Shown here: positions 50,259 to 64,000 of the stretch, in pieces | Layout of the letters: each line of letters begins with the position of its first letter | Numbering within the stretch: the stretch's first letter is position 1 | DNA from: Felis catus | Lineage: Eukaryota | DNA length: 64,000 bases | Direction: 5' to 3' | NCBI RefSeq assembly: GCF_018350175.1 | Contig: NC_058369.1 | Span: forward strand, 23,748,001 to 23,812,000 | Notes under the pieces: generated by a model | The model's database searches: none | Seen by the model: only the letters and a program-made list of their open reading frames with translations | What the model was told of the DNA's origin: nothing | Translations under genes and position numbers: made by a program

Positions 50259-53200
50259 GTTATATATATAAGTTTCCTTTGGAAGGGAATTTCAGAAACT
50301 CACAAAGTTAGGTCCTGAGTTTGGGTTCAGCTCAGGTCTTCCTCCTGATCAAAAGTCTCCATTCCTGAAATGCTATCTGAGAGAAAACAACTTCATTCAG
50401 GACATCAAGCCGTGAAGTCATCAAGTTTTGAAAAAGATCAACCTCCCAGACCACCATCTGTTAGGCAAGCTATATGCAATGCACAAAGTTGCTAATTTTT
50501 TTGGCCAGAACTTCAAATTCCATGCTCTTAAAAATTGGGATGACAAACAACTTACTTTTACAAAGACCTTGAGCCAGCCAAAAACAGTCCGGCTCCCCCC
50601 TCAGGTCCCAGAAAAACATAGCTTTGACAAGTGGTCTCAGGTTGCCAAGTCATGCCAACAGGGTTTGCTGGGGTTTGGACCCTGTATCGTAGCTGACAAG
50701 AGCCCTGGTGATAGGGTCCTAGAAGAAAAGTCATTGACTTTCCACTGTAAATAAAAGCTAGGAATGGTCATTCCCATTCTTGACTCTTATCTGGCTTGTG
50801 CATCTGATAATCTCTCGTAAGGAAAGTTCACAGGACAGTTTAATGATTTATTGAGAGCAGCTTTCACAATCTTTATGTTGCCTTCTCCAACATAAAAACT
50901 GGCCATTTCTCAGCACATAACATCCACAGAATCCAAAAATTATGCAGCAAAGTGTCTACACAAAGTGGGTTATCTAGAAAGGCAGATGAAGACTGTCATT
51001 ACATTCTAGATAATAGTCCAAACAGGAATGTTTTTGTGCTGGTTAGGTTCAGAGATGTGGCAAATAGTCAAGTCAATGTGCTAGTGTGCTAAGTCAACGT
51101 TGTTTGCATCAATTCAGCCCCAAACAAATGAAGTTGGGTGAACAGATTTCACTCAGAATTCAGGATTTCCTCAATTTTCAAGCGACCCTTTATTGAACAT
51201 TTATTATTTTCCAAGCACTGTGAAAAGCAATGGCACATAATAATACCATCTTTAATCCTCAGAGTAATCCTGCACGATTAATAGTATGAGACCCATTTGT
51301 AGATGGGGAAAATTGAGGCAGAAAACCTAACAATTTATCCAAGATCATAGAGTTTGTATATGATGAAGACAGAGTTTGAATTGAAGTTTGCAAAGCTAGG
51401 TTTTTTCCCACATATCCTGCAGAAGATGTCAATTCCGGTTCTTCTCAGTACAGCTATAGGGGTGATCACCTTTCCCTTTGCCACCCTAATTCAAAGACAA
51501 TGTGAGACTGTACCAAAAAGAGAACATTGCCCAAGATGGCAAATAGGTTTCACCTAGAGGGTGAATTGAGATGGGGGGCCCTGGCTGCCTGGAAAGCGGC
51601 ATTTACTAAGAACCCATGCAAAGAAAGCTGGGAAGTACCACTGATTCCAGCCATGGGAGAGGAGAGGTATGGAATTTGTATTATGTATTTTCTGACTCTG
51701 AACAGTGAGATACTATCTATCATGGCCAAAATTCACCTCTGTCTCTGTCTCTGCATTTCTTTTTCTGCCCCCACCCCTTGCTTTCTTTCTCTCCTGCTTT
51801 GAAAAAGCAACACCCAGTGACTCCATGCCACATGCCACCAAATTTCAGTTCCCGAGGGGCTTAGTTTAGCAGTGAAATATCCAAGAACAAAAAAACGAAG
51901 ATGGCGCACACCTCCTTTCGTGGAAAAATGAAGGGTCCTGAGTGTCCCCCAAATCATTTACCCTTTTGCCCCTTCTCATTAACAGAACTCTGGGCACCTT
52001 CTTCATCCAAATTTTTGTCTGCTTCAAGGTGACCCACAGTGAGCCTAATAGCAGACCAGATAGTTCTTGCCTGACATCAAAAGGAATGCTCAAAGACTTC
52101 TCCAATCTTCTAATAGATTGTATTGTGGCTAGTATTTATATTTCTTTGGCCTCTTATTTCCACTCAGAAAAGCATCTGGTCTTCCTACAAAATCATATAT
52201 CGTTACTCTCAGCTTCCACCCCTTAGGGGAGGAAAACCTCTGTAGAGATGACTCCTGGGCTTTGGTTGCTGGGGTGGTGTCCTAGGTCCCATATCTGCTC
52301 AAAGCTTCCACAGCCCCAGTCTTCCTCTGCAAGCTCCAGATCATCCCTTCTCCTGGCCTGCCTTCCTGCGCCTGCTGTGTTTAATCTGTCCTTCCATCCA
52401 TCCCTGAACTCCACTGGACCTCTTCTCTGGGAGGAATGGAGGAGCAAGGCTGAAAAAACAACAGGGGCTGTTGAGGAGTTGTCTGGGAGGGGAGCGGCAG
52501 CGATGGGCTGTCCACGCGTAAGCAGTCAAATATCTGAACTTGGAGGGAGAGCTTCGGGGAGACAGGGCTTCTATCAGCCAGTAATATCAAGGGCCAGAGC
52601 TTAGACTAATAGGAAGAAATAAAAAATGGGAATGTTTCGGCTGGACATCAAGAAAAACATCCTGATGAAAAGGGAAGGCTCCCACGTGGGGGATGTTCTC
52701 ATAAAGATGAGTGAGCAGCCAGGTCACTGCTGTGCTCTTCCAGCTCGGCTCCAGCATGGTTATAAACAAGGCCTTGCTGCCTCCGGTGGGCTGGAGCCTG
52801 GCCTCCTTCCAGGTTCCCTTCCCTTGGAGAAGACCACGGAGGTGGGGCATGTAGATGATGCAGCATTCGGTCAACCTCAGTTGTAAGATCAAGGAGGCAC
52901 TGAAGTTACATCATCAGAATGTGAGTTTGGGGAAGTAGTTAGCTGGCCCAGAGGACCTGGAAAAGTGTCAGGAAATGGGACAGCTTGAAATTCCTCTCTC
53001 CTGCTTGTGTTGTCTCTGTGTGCCATTCCATCCTCCCTGCTGACCCTCTTCCTCTGGTTCCTCACCATTTCTCTGTCCTTGTCACCTCAGTTTGCATGTC
53101 CTGGCTGGCCTGGCCTCTCTCACCTTGCCAGCCTTGCAGCCTTACCACTCTCAGCTAACCAATACTCCCTCTCCATGTTCCTCAATTCAGATTCCCAAGG

Positions 53201-55674
53201 ACAAGAACCAGTGACTGGCCCATCTCATCAGTTCCTGAAAGGCCAGGTCACAGGTCACCATCTGGGTGACAAGGGTGGCTGTCACTGGTTCAGATGCCCA
53301 GTCTTCATCTGGTCAGTGGCGGCTGGGGCAGGGCTGAGTGGGCAGTGGGGGCCTTCACGTGGCCATCTCTGCAGCAGGACCCAAGGGCTGAGGGAGGTTT
53401 CTTTAAAAGTGAGGTGAGTCCTAGACTTGTCTGGGACTTTCCCTCTCCCCTCTGTCAAGCACATAACTCAGTCTTGCAAGCTCCATGTTTCAGCCTCCCC
53501 TTTAGAGCTTGACCCCCTCCTGAGCCCCAAGTGTCTCCTGCTTGGGCTGGCAGAGTGCTCAGCAGATGGAAAAAAGACCACCTTCCCATTCACACATATG
53601 GCCCAGTGACTGGCTACGAGGTTTATTGGGCCTCAACAAGAGCCTTTTATCAGTGACTGATGTGCCATTTGTTCCCCACCCCCCCTGCCCCATCTACCAC
53701 ACCCACCCCCTCTGCTTCTCGCTGTGAAGAGGCCAATCTCTCCCCACCTACGATATCCCCCACTCCCCCTTCCCCCATATCAACAGAGTGGGGGGAGAGA
53801 GGGGCATCCTTCTAGGAATTGTCCCCTAGGAGGGTAGTTGTTTTCCTCTCACTTATCAGCTTCATTCAGGAGAAATCTGAATTCCTAAATGTTTGCCAAA
53901 TGCTGGCTCTTGCTTGCTACTCCTTGGACTTGTTAAAGAATTCAGCCTGATATGGGGCAGCTTCAAGTCAAGGAGCCACTTCTGAGACCCCTGCCAGGCC
54001 CGGGGCGGAGTGGGCTGGAGACGACAATCCAAGAATCACCACTATTCAACACAAAAATCTATAAACCTCATAGTGTGGTAGACACTGTGCTACGGCTGTC
54101 ACCTCACCGGCTCCCCACAGCCCTGTGAGATAGGACTCATTACTATCTCCATTCAACAGCTGAAGAAGCACGTTTAACCACTGTGCCCCAGGCCTTGTGA
54201 CCAGTGCCAGACATGAGACGACTGGACATCCACTGACCGAGAGACTAGTTTACTAAAGGGATAGCCTTTTGTGGTTGTCACGGTAACGTTACTGCCACTT
54301 AGTGGAGAAGAGTTCTTGCTTTTCTCATCTGCTGCGGTTCACCCTCGTCACCCTCAACGGTATTGTTGGTTACCATTTGTACTACTGTGAGTGCTTCCTC
54401 CAAAGGACTTCTTCTTTCCCACTTAGGCACCAAGCCCTGCTGCTTTTATCCTTAGGATGTCGCTGGGAGATGGCGCCTGTTTCCCGTCCTCACTGCCGCT
54501 GCAGCCACATCTCTCTCCCAGATGCCTGCTCCTGCCAGGGGCTCCCTGCCTTCAGTCCCGGCACCTCCCCGCCCACACCCCAAACTCCAAATGGCAGCCA
54601 AAGGGCTCCTTTTAAGAGGCCACTGGGGAGGGACTCGAAGGGTGTCCCACTGAATTTCTGCAGAGCTGTGGAAGGCTCTGGGCCAACGTGTGTGGGATCA
54701 GGTGGATGGGTCACAGACTGCATGAGGCCTCAGCATCCGAGGAGCAGTTCACCTTCTCAGGGGGACTCCTGGGGACAACCTGCTTCAGTGGCAACTTTCT
54801 TCCCCGAGGAACACTCAGTAGCAGCAAATCTCTGCCTTCCAAGAAAGAGTTTCCATATGTGTCACGTGCAGCAGAAGCAGTGCAGAGCGAGATGAAGAGA
54901 GGGAGTCAGAAGAAGAAGCAACAGGATGGGAGGCAAGCCGGGCCCACACCTGCTGTTCAGAGGCTGGGCCCCTGGGCTGGGGCCCCCCTGCAGGGGCCGG
55001 GGGGTGGGGCGGAGACCAGAGTTCTGGGGCGTGGTTCAGAGCATGGCTGGACAGCCGGGGGGGGGGGCCCACTGTTCCTGGAGGAATTCGAGGGGCAGGG
55101 GAGTTAGAGAACCCCATTTAGGGGACCCTGAGTCCCACCACCTGCCTTCAGTGCCTTCTTCAGAGTCTCTGAGCATTCACTGGCTCCTGGCTCATGCACA
55201 CAGTGCTCAGTAATTACTTCAGAAGTGAGTAGACAGAAGGAGGGTAGAGCAGGAAGTGAGGACCCAGTGGCCAGGTGCCAGGCAGTGTCACCACCTAAGC
55301 AGGAAAGGGGTAGGTTAAGAAAAGCTTCAGATAGGTGTGGGGGGTCCAGACCCCCGGCTCCATTGTTAATTAATAGAATGAAAACAAGGATCACCTGGGA
55401 GCCAGGTGCTGTGCAAGGCACTTTACAGTTGTCTCCATTCCAGACACCCTGACCTCACTGCTGTTGCTTCAGACCAGCCTTATCCCACCTCAGGGCTTTG
55501 TGCTCCTGTGTCCTCCACCAGGAGCACTCTTCCTCATCCCTGTCAAGTTGTTGCTCTAAGTCCGTTCCAGTGAGACCTTCCTTGGTCACCCTATTAACCC
55601 GGTTCTTCACCCCACTCTCTACCCCTCTGGGCTGCATTTTCTCCAAGCTATTTATATCATCTTTTAAAAAAAGT

Positions 55675-55833
55675 TGTTTTTTTTTTTTAATTTGAGAGAG
55701 GGAGAGAGAGAGAGTGTGTGTGCATGCATGCTCAGCATGGAGCCTGATGTGGGGCTCGATCTCATAACCTGGGGATCATGACCTAATCCAAAACCAAGAG
55801 TTGGATGCTCAACTAACTGAGCCACCAGGTTCC
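55675..55833 (-). mobile_element. Short older CanSINE nested in an L2 fragment (~55440-56025)
   Basis: gagcctgatgtggggctcgatctcataacctggggatcatgacct..actgagccaccagg; flanks show L2 3' end motifs. Confidence 0.8.
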
Positions 55834-58800
55834 TCGATTTACGTCATCTTCTGACACATGGCCTCATTTCCTTATTTATTATATTTATTGTCTGTCTCTT
55901 CCACTGGAATCCAGGCCCCCATAGGGCAGGGATTTTAGTCTATTTTGTTCACTGTTGTGTCTCTAAGGCCAAGCATGGTGCCTGGCACATGGAAGGTGCT
56001 CAATAAAACATTTGCCGAATGACTCTTAACCAACACAATGCTGCTAATCAAAACCAGGTGTCACAGCTCTTCGGTTTCATAGATGAACAAACTGAGGCTT
56101 AGTGAATGTGGGGAACTAAGTGCAAGCAGCCAGTAATGGGTGAGGGAGGAAGAGGTGTGTGTGCCTGGGTCTCTCTGATACTGAGAGCGGTTTCCTTCCC
56201 ACCCGACCACTATCACTTCCAACACAGACGCAAAATAAGCAGTCTTTGCTTGATGATTTCTGAAACTCTCTCTCTCCTGAGGTCTGAAAGTCAGTTTGAG
56301 TCCATGACCATCATCTCACAGGAGGTGGAGCCTCAGGGGCTTGGAGCAGTCTCTTTGGAATAAGACTCTGAGTACAGTTTTCCCCCACTCAGCCCTGGGA
56401 CCTTGGGACACTTCTCAGCATCTCTGAGCCTCTGCTTTCTCAGCTGCAAAATGGGAGCAATGACAGTGCAGATCTGAGAGGAGTCAGCGAGATGGCTGAT
56501 GTGTTTAAAGGTCTCCCTCGTGCCTGGCACAGCGTGAATGCTAGCTGTTCTCATTGTGGCCATTCCACCGATGCCCAGGACCCTTTCCCCGTTCACCCCA
56601 GCCCTCTTCTGTCCAGGTCCCCCACCAGTGAATCTCCTGGCTGGGGAAGCTTGCTGACCGGTGTTATCTTCTAGATCAGCCAGGACCGATGGTTCCGCCT
56701 CTGAGAGGCGGGGTAGGGCCCAGCGGGCCATGTTTGCAGCCCAGCAAATGTTCCCGGAGCCTTGTTTTTTGTTCTGTTGCTGGGCCATTTGTTTTTATAG
56801 CTTATCGTTTCTGCAGGGGGGCTTTGAAAGGCTGCCATTGCTCCAATGGATGTTTCCGGTTCGCCTCCATCAAGCCACATTTAATGAAAACCAGTTTAAG
56901 GTCTTCTTTCTCATAAAATGTCTCATTGTTGCTCCGGCAGCTCCTCTTTGGAAATAATGAAGATGAACGCTCCCTCCGTGGGGTAGCACACAAAACCCTC
57001 GGCCGCAGGAGAGCTCTGCTCAGTCCCCAGGAAGTTTCAGAGACTGGAAGAGAAAAACAAGCCAGTGCAGCCTCTGCTAGGGAGGAGGAGAAGCCGAGGC
57101 CTGGGAATCCTGAATGCTGCAGATGCAGGAAAAGGAACTTGGGTTCCTCGGTCCCCTCTAAAGAGGTTGTCAACCAAAGAAGTTTTGCTGCAGAAGGAGG
57201 TGTTCTAGAAGTCCCTCAACAAAAGCCTGCAGCCCAGAGAAGAGAAAGACTTTTCTGCCAGGGGACTGCCTCCTTCGGGCTGGCCAGGCGTAGGCCAGGG
57301 TCAGGGGTGCTTGATGAAGAGCTGATGGGTCTGCAGTAGGGGCCGGGGGAGTAGCTCGTGGCCAGTGTCACAGACAACAGGAGGCCTCCTCTGAATACAA
57401 AACACACAGATTTTAGATGCTTGTGCTTGACCACCCAGGCCCTCGGTGGTCATCAGCAGACATCAACGCCCCTGGTCCTCTCCAAATGTGCCACACGGGA
57501 CAGTCCCTACACAGCAAAGCAATGCTCTCCTCCGAAGATACAGCTGTTTTTCTCCTTTCAGGTTACCTTTGTGGTAATCAATCATTTTGGAACTATTCTA
57601 CCAATTGATTATTTTGCCGAATGTTGCAGGAGAGAAAAGGGTTAAATACAGCCGACTGATTTGGGTTCTTTGCGCAAGCAACAGGGACTTTTCTCCCCTA
57701 AACGTGTCTACATGCTTACTCTTCATTGACGCGTCACTCCATCTGCCACATGTGCTCTCATTGAAGCCCTTTTCCTCCGGGCAGGGCAGGAAGAACAAAG
57801 CAGAAATGGCCATGTGGGAGCTTTTCTTGTGGATCTGGCTGACCTGACTCAGCAAGGAGGTGAGGTGGGACCAGGAGTGAGAAGGGCAGCCAATCCTCTC
57901 TCTCTGCCAATGCTCGTCCCCAAAAGCTGTGTGTCCTTTGATAGGGTCATCCAGCGTCTCTGGAACTCAGTTCTCCCACTTGTAAACAAGGAGGCTGGCT
58001 TTGATTAGGGGTCACAACCTGAGGTGTTTCCTTGGGCACCGGGTGGGCGGCAAGCCCCACAGGAGGAGCGGAGGGCAGGGCAGCAAACTGGGGGAGTCCC
58101 TGAACCAACCCTCCACTCCAGCCGGTGTTGTCTTCCAGAAATGGACATCCTTAGCAGCCGGATTCCCCATTCCTCAAGAGAAACTAAAACCCTAGATTTT
58201 TATGTGAACCACCAAATTCTTAAACCTTGGCAACAAAATCAGATGCTTAAGGCGGTGTGCATGCAAGTAAAAAAAAAAAAAAATCTATTTGTTGATCCTT
58301 AAAGTAACCCCTGGTTTAAAACTCTATGATCCATACTTATTTATGACAGAAAAGTGGAGTGTGTGTAAAACACAGAACTGACTGCCTGCCCAAGACAGGA
58401 GCTGGGGTCCCGGATGCAGGGCTTACTCAGGGCACCAAGCACCTCCTGCGTTCCCTCCCTTTATCTACGACTGGGGAGGCAGTACCAGTGCAGTGTGAGG
58501 ATTCAGTGGGGTCTCTTTTGCAAAGGGGTAGACCGAGGGAGGGTAGAGTGCCATGCCCTGGTTATTCTCATCATGTAAAAATTCTTCTCACCACTGGGGA
58601 CCCTGAGGCCTAAACCTGGAGCTAAGCTGTCTCGCGTCTCGAAGCTGCTCTCCCGAAGCAAATGCCTGAGACGATATGGAAACCAGATGCGGAGCAAACA
58701 CTGCCTTACCTTTTTTTTTCCCCCCTCAGTGCTTTTGTAACTTTTCAAAGTCATTCCATGTTCACGAGCTCTGATATCACTAAACTGACAGCTGCCAGGC

Positions 58801-59250
58801 AAGGCTGTTAAATCAGGTATTCTTATGTTCCAGATGGGGAAACCGAGGCTCATAGAGAAGAATGATGGGACCAAGGTCCCAGAGAATGTAAGTGGCATGA
58901 GATGGAGGCCCTGTGGGCTGCTGCCTGCTGGCAATCCTTTCTGGGTGGCCAGCTGCTAGCAAAGCACATACCTTTCTAAATACAAGCTTAATGCATAGGG
59001 CCCTGCCCTCAGCCAGCGTTAGGACAGCTGAAGCATCTTGGGAAATATCATTCTTGGTGGCAGTACTAACAAGGGAAGTAGCACTTCAAGTACTAATGAA
59101 TAGAAGCAGCTGTTTCCAGCCTCTATCACTCCTGCCCGGAGAATGGCTGCAGCTGCCCACTGGGCCCCGTCTGCAGCTTCCCCCCCACCCCCCACTAAAC
59201 CTTAGAGTCCATGGTCATCTTTTTTTAAGGCAAAGTAGGCTGACCCTCTG

Positions 59251-59252
<2 letters not shown>

Positions 59253-59296
<44 letters not shown>
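59253..59296. repeat. (CA)n microsatellite
   Basis: Directly visible. Confidence 0.95.
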
Positions 59297-59298
<2 letters not shown>

Positions 59299-59991
59299 TA
59301 TTAACAGAAACCTTCCCATGGCTTTTTACTGCCCATTATGGTCTGGACCATATGTGGTCCCCATGCACCCGGGCCTCTGCAACCTTCCCTGGCCTCATGG
59401 TGCTTCCTCTAAGCAGGCCTTCTTGCAGTAACACTTGCCTCTTCCCTCTCTCTTCAAGGCCAGTGCACTACCTGTTGTCCCTCCTCAGCACAAGCATCAC
59501 TGCCTCCAGGGTGCCTTCCCTGAAGCTCCCTTTCCAGCTCACATTCCTTTGCTCTCAGGGAATCATGGTTCATTACTTCAAAGTCTTGATCCCTGTTTGC
59601 GATTACACATTCAGGAGTGTGATGATCTCATTTAGTTCCGTCTCCTCCACTGAAATCTGCTCCAGGGCAGAGACTCAGCTCTTTGCATTTAACATCCTAA
59701 CTCCAACACCAGAGGTGGTAAACTCTAAGTATTTGTTCAGTCAGTGCCCACATAGATATGTGAATTAGGTTCTACCCACTATTTCATGTAATTCTCTCTA
59801 AACTCCACCAAGTAAATGTTATGAGTATAACAACTCCCTTGTTGTACGTGTGGAGACTGAGAATCTGACACTGTCGGCAACTCAGCCAAGGTCACACAGC
59901 CAGTAAGAGATGGAGGTGGGATCCAGCCACAGGTCTGCCTCATTTCCAAACTTCCAAACACACACTAAGAAAATAATATAGTGAACCTCCC

Positions 59992-60026
59992 TATTAGTAA
60001 AGGTTCTCCAGAGAAACAGAACCAAC

Positions 60027-60083
<57 letters not shown>

Positions 60084-60480
60084 ATGTGTATGGAATGAGA
60101 AAGAGAAGGGGAGAGGGAGAGTGGTTGATTTTAAGGAATTGGCTTACTCAATTCTGGAAGTTTGGTAATTTTAAAATCTGATGGGAGAGGTCAGGAGGCT
60201 GGAGACTCAGGAAGGAGTTGCAGTTCAAGTCCAAAGGCACACAGTGTGCTGGCAGAATTCCTTCTTGTTCAGTGGAGGTCAGTCTTGGTTCCATGAAGGC
60301 CTTCAACCGATTAGATGAGGCCCACCCACATTATGGAGGGCAAGTTCCTTTACTTGAATTCTCCAGATTTAACTGTTAATCTCATTCAAAAAATACCCTC
60401 ACAGAAACATCCATTAATAATGTTTGAAAATACCTGGGCACTATGGTCCATCCAAGTTGACACATAAAATTAAGTGTCAC
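59992..60480. mobile_element. MLT2 (ERVL) LTR containing a (TG)n tract at 60029-60080
   Basis: ggttctccagagaaacagaaccaa..gattagatgaggcccacccacattatggagggcaa..ccaagttgacacataaaattaa. Confidence 0.88.
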
Positions 60481-61206
60481 CACCTCCATATGCCCATCAC
60501 TCAGGTTCAACAATGACCAACAAGTTGCTACATTTGCTTTAGCTAACCTTCTTTCTTCTTTTTCTTTCTGTTGGTGAAGGGCTTTTATATTTTTATATGC
60601 CAACATACTTTTGAACTCAAGCCTACCCAACCACAATACATGCCCTTAGTTTCCCGTACTTCTAAAAGCAGGCTCCTATCCCCAACTTGGAGGAACATGG
60701 TCTCTCGAAATGCGGACAGGAGGCTTCTAGTGCTCAGGGCCCAGACTCTGCTGCTTGGAAGGGGAAGTGTGATTTGTGGGACAACTTTCACGGTCTCAGT
60801 GAGACATTTCCTCTGTGCTCCAGCAAGTCAGCGCATAAGGTGACCTTGGCCGGGGGTGGGGGTGGGGCAGGTGGCAAGGCTTGCACCTTCTACTCCAGAA
60901 AATCACTCTCCATTTTCCACAGCCATACATTTGTTTTCATTTTCATGTTGTGCCTGCCTGCTCCCCGTCTGTTTATTGCTTTCTCCTCCCTTTTCCTCCT
61001 CAGCCTCCTCCCCTTCATTCTCCTCCTCTGCCTTTGAGGGGTCTGGACTTTTGCATACTAGAGAAAGGGACCCATTTAATCTACCATATTTACAAGCTTC
61101 GTAAACTAGGTACAGTGAGTGAATCATGGAAAAAATGCATTTTATGTGAAAAAGTTCATTATATGACTTTGTTCTATTAAAATTGCCTCACCCCACCCTG
61201 TGCATT

Positions 61207-61207
<1 letters not shown>

Positions 61208-61258
<51 letters not shown>
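61208..61258. repeat. (GA)n microsatellite
   Basis: Directly visible. Confidence 0.95.
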
Positions 61259-61261
<3 letters not shown>

Positions 61262-63730
61262 GGAAGGGCCTCTGAAAATGCCCCCTGTTGGCATATATGT
61301 CCCATAATTTCATATCAACATTCATATCATTTCTGCTGTTTAAAAGCACTTGGGAGTTTTCCTGTAGGCAGAAGATACAGGGACTCATTTTATGTGGGGT
61401 TCTAATAATTTCTCCTTAAAAATTATTTTTTTAATTGTCCAAATGGATTTAGGAACTAGGATTTAAAAACTGACCGAGTGAATTCTTTTCTTGAGTGGTT
61501 CAATCATTTGTAATCATTCTTCTACTTTAGCGTCATTTTGTTTGGCTTTTGTAACTTAATAATTTTGTGTTGTTATGATTGCGGGGCTTCCAGGTTTTTC
61601 TATTTTTCTTAGGATGATAACAACAGCAAGTTATTAAAATGCACCAAGCACTCTGCTGAACGCCCTAGATTAATAATTTCATTGGATTCTCACAAGAGCC
61701 CCATGAGGACACGGACGCTTCACAGCATTAAGTGACTGGTCCCAGGTTACTGCAAGGAAATGACTCAAACCTCACAGCCAAACCTCAGCAACACTTGAAG
61801 TCTAATTTTCTAAGTTAAAAAAAAAGAGGCCAGGAGACCAAGACATGCTAATAGCAATATAATTGTCTTTGACAGGTAGGGCTATCAGTGACTTTTAATT
61901 TCTTCTTTAAACTTTATTAAAATTTTCAGATTTCCTCTAACGAATCATGGAATAGTGCTTATTTAACTGTTCTGTGGGGGAAGTAATGTAATCCTGCCTA
62001 GGCTTATCTAAGGAAGACTGTCTTTTATAAAGTGTTTAAAATACATCTGAGAGTGTCTGCATACAAAATTTGCCTGATTCTTTGTATACTGAGATAGAAT
62101 GCAGTATCCCAGGGTTCAGAGGACCTGGGCTGTGCCGGCTCATCTGCAGTTATGTGGGTAAGCTCCTTCCTTTCCCCGGCCTTATATGTCTCATTTGTAA
62201 AATGGGACTAGTAGATTGAAATGCTGAAAACTCCTATGACCCCTTTAATTGCTTAAAAGATAATCTAGATGGCCTCTTCGTCACCAAATATTCAAAGACA
62301 CTGCTTTATAGGAGCTCATGATATCCTTCAAAGGACTCTTGGGGACAGGGGGCATATTCTGTCCCTTTATCCTGGCTTTCAAGATGCAGGTGCAGAGAAG
62401 GTCCGAAGGGATTAGTAGCCAGACTACAGCCAGCCTCTTAGGGACTATGACAGGAGACACAGGCTTGTTTTCAGAACATACCAAATGGATGACACCCTTT
62501 CCTGGGATATGAAGTGTCTCAGGCTGTTATGACCGGCCTTTCCTTTTTCCGCTGTTGAAGGCAGAGCCTTGGAATCAGTATCAATGACAAAACAAAGCCA
62601 CCTGCAAATTGCATGGTTGTGATTTTTCTCTGCATTTTCCCAGGGGCTGGGTTTCCACGCATGTGCCCCATGCTACAGGCTACCCTAGTCTTAAACCAAG
62701 AGTTAGGGCTGAGACCTGGGGCCTGGCCAGCCTCATCTCTGAGCACCTGGGTTCTCAAGGCAGGCAAACTTCTCTCCGCCCAGGCCTCTAGAGAGGCCAC
62801 AGCTGCTTTGTCTGTTTTAAGCCTTCAGCTCACACCCGCCCCTAGAAAGGAAGGAAGGGAGCCTTGGGCTACATGGAGGTAAAGCCTAAAGCCAGCCCAG
62901 AGCCCTGGGTCCCAGACAGAAACTTCACCGGTGATTCTGAGGATTCCATTCCCCACAACCACATCTAGCCACTGTAGGGAAGTCAGCACCGGGCACTGTG
63001 GAAAAAAAAAAATCAAAATGCAGGCACAAATAACAGGAATAATCCTAATAATCTGAGACCTGCCGCCCTTGCTAACAGGATCATAAAGGGCATTTGTTTC
63101 TAATTAAACACCAAAACCCTAAACCTTTCAACTCTGCATCCACAACTACTGTAAATGTTTATGAAAAACGGGAAATTCTCGTTTAATTCAAACCATGCCA
63201 GAAATGCGTTTTCGTTGTCTCAACTGGTGAAGAAATCCTATCGGCCCCAGCTTGAGCACATCTGAGCTTTAAATTAAGAAAGGCAACAGTCCTAGGAGCA
63301 CAGCTAAATCCTGGGGAGGACTTGTGTGAAGCAGCAGCATCTCTTCATCACAGCCAGATTTCAGAGAGCAAAAGCCAAAGTGTCTTCCAGAAAGAGAAAC
63401 GGGTACCAGAGGTGCTAACATTTTGCAGGGTAGGGTCATAGACACAGATTGGGCAGCCCAGAAAAAAATGGTTATAAGCAGAAGTTCTAAAACCAGACAA
63501 CCTAAGTCAACTTCTTACCACCTGGGTGCCCCTGGGCAAAGCTCTTCACAGGTCACTGTGATAATTAAATGAGATGAAGCTCTAGGCAGGGCAGCTAGCA
63601 AATCTGGCATGGTCCCTGCCCTCGGGAGGCTGATGGACCAGGCAGAGAAGAGGCATGAATCAGGAACTCATGCCCAGCTCTGGGGTATATCTCCGGGCAG
63701 TGCTCTGTACCCTTGTCAGTAAACACCTTT

Positions 63731-63950
63731 ATTTATTTTTATTTATTTATTTTTTAAAAATTTTTTGAGACAAGGAGAGACAGAGCATGAACAGGGGAGG
63801 GTCAGAGAGAGGGAGACACAGAATCTGAAACAGGCTCCAGGCTCTGAGCTGTCAGCACAGAGCCCGACGCAGGGCTCAAACTCACGGACCGCGAGATCAT
63901 GACCTGAGCCGAAGTCGGCTGCCCAACCGACTGAGCCACCCAGGCGCCCC
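63731..63950 (-). mobile_element. Young CanSINE (SINEC_Fc-type)
   Basis: CpG-retaining reverse SINEC; perfect TSD agtaaacaccttt at 63718-63730 and 63951-63963. Confidence 0.95.
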
Positions 63951-64000
63951 AGTAAACACCTTTAGAGTTGCTGAAATCATACCCCTTACTGAGGAAGTGT

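Larger units (their letters stand above)
18290..64000 (-). other. ERC2: Distal part of the very long last intron of ERC2
   Basis: No convincing coding exon between the acceptor at 18290 and the window end; dense old repeats; consistent with the recalled long final intron of ERC2. Confidence 0.7.

Overview
Mammalian genomic DNA from a felid (cat-like), judged from ten carnivore tRNA-derived CanSINEs of the SINEC_Fc type. The window is repeat-rich (MIR, L2, L1M, MER20/MER33/MER58, MLT1/MLT2) and contains no intact multi-exon CDS; almost all ORF-track entries are noise. It holds the 3' end of a long minus-strand gene identified as ERC2 (ELKS2/CAST). Its terminal exon spans ~15345-18289 (~2.9 kb, mostly 3' UTR) and its last intron runs from 18290 to the window end. 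By human synteny WNT5A should lie beyond the left edge. The main finding is a set of molecular fossils matching the ERC1-FBXL14-WNT5B paralogon. (1) A ~1.25 kb plus-strand relic of an FBXL14-like gene at ~7470-8740, with nine collinear peptide blocks ending in TKLPCLK/VLN versus TQLPCLKVLN. (2) The start of the ERC2 terminal exon is a frameshifted copy of the ERC1 last coding exon (Rab-binding domain end). (3) A weaker relic of the ERC1 penultimate coding exon at ~20819-21000. All reference proteins were recalled from memory and aligned by eye, so database confirmation is needed. Repeat boundaries and subfamilies are approximate.
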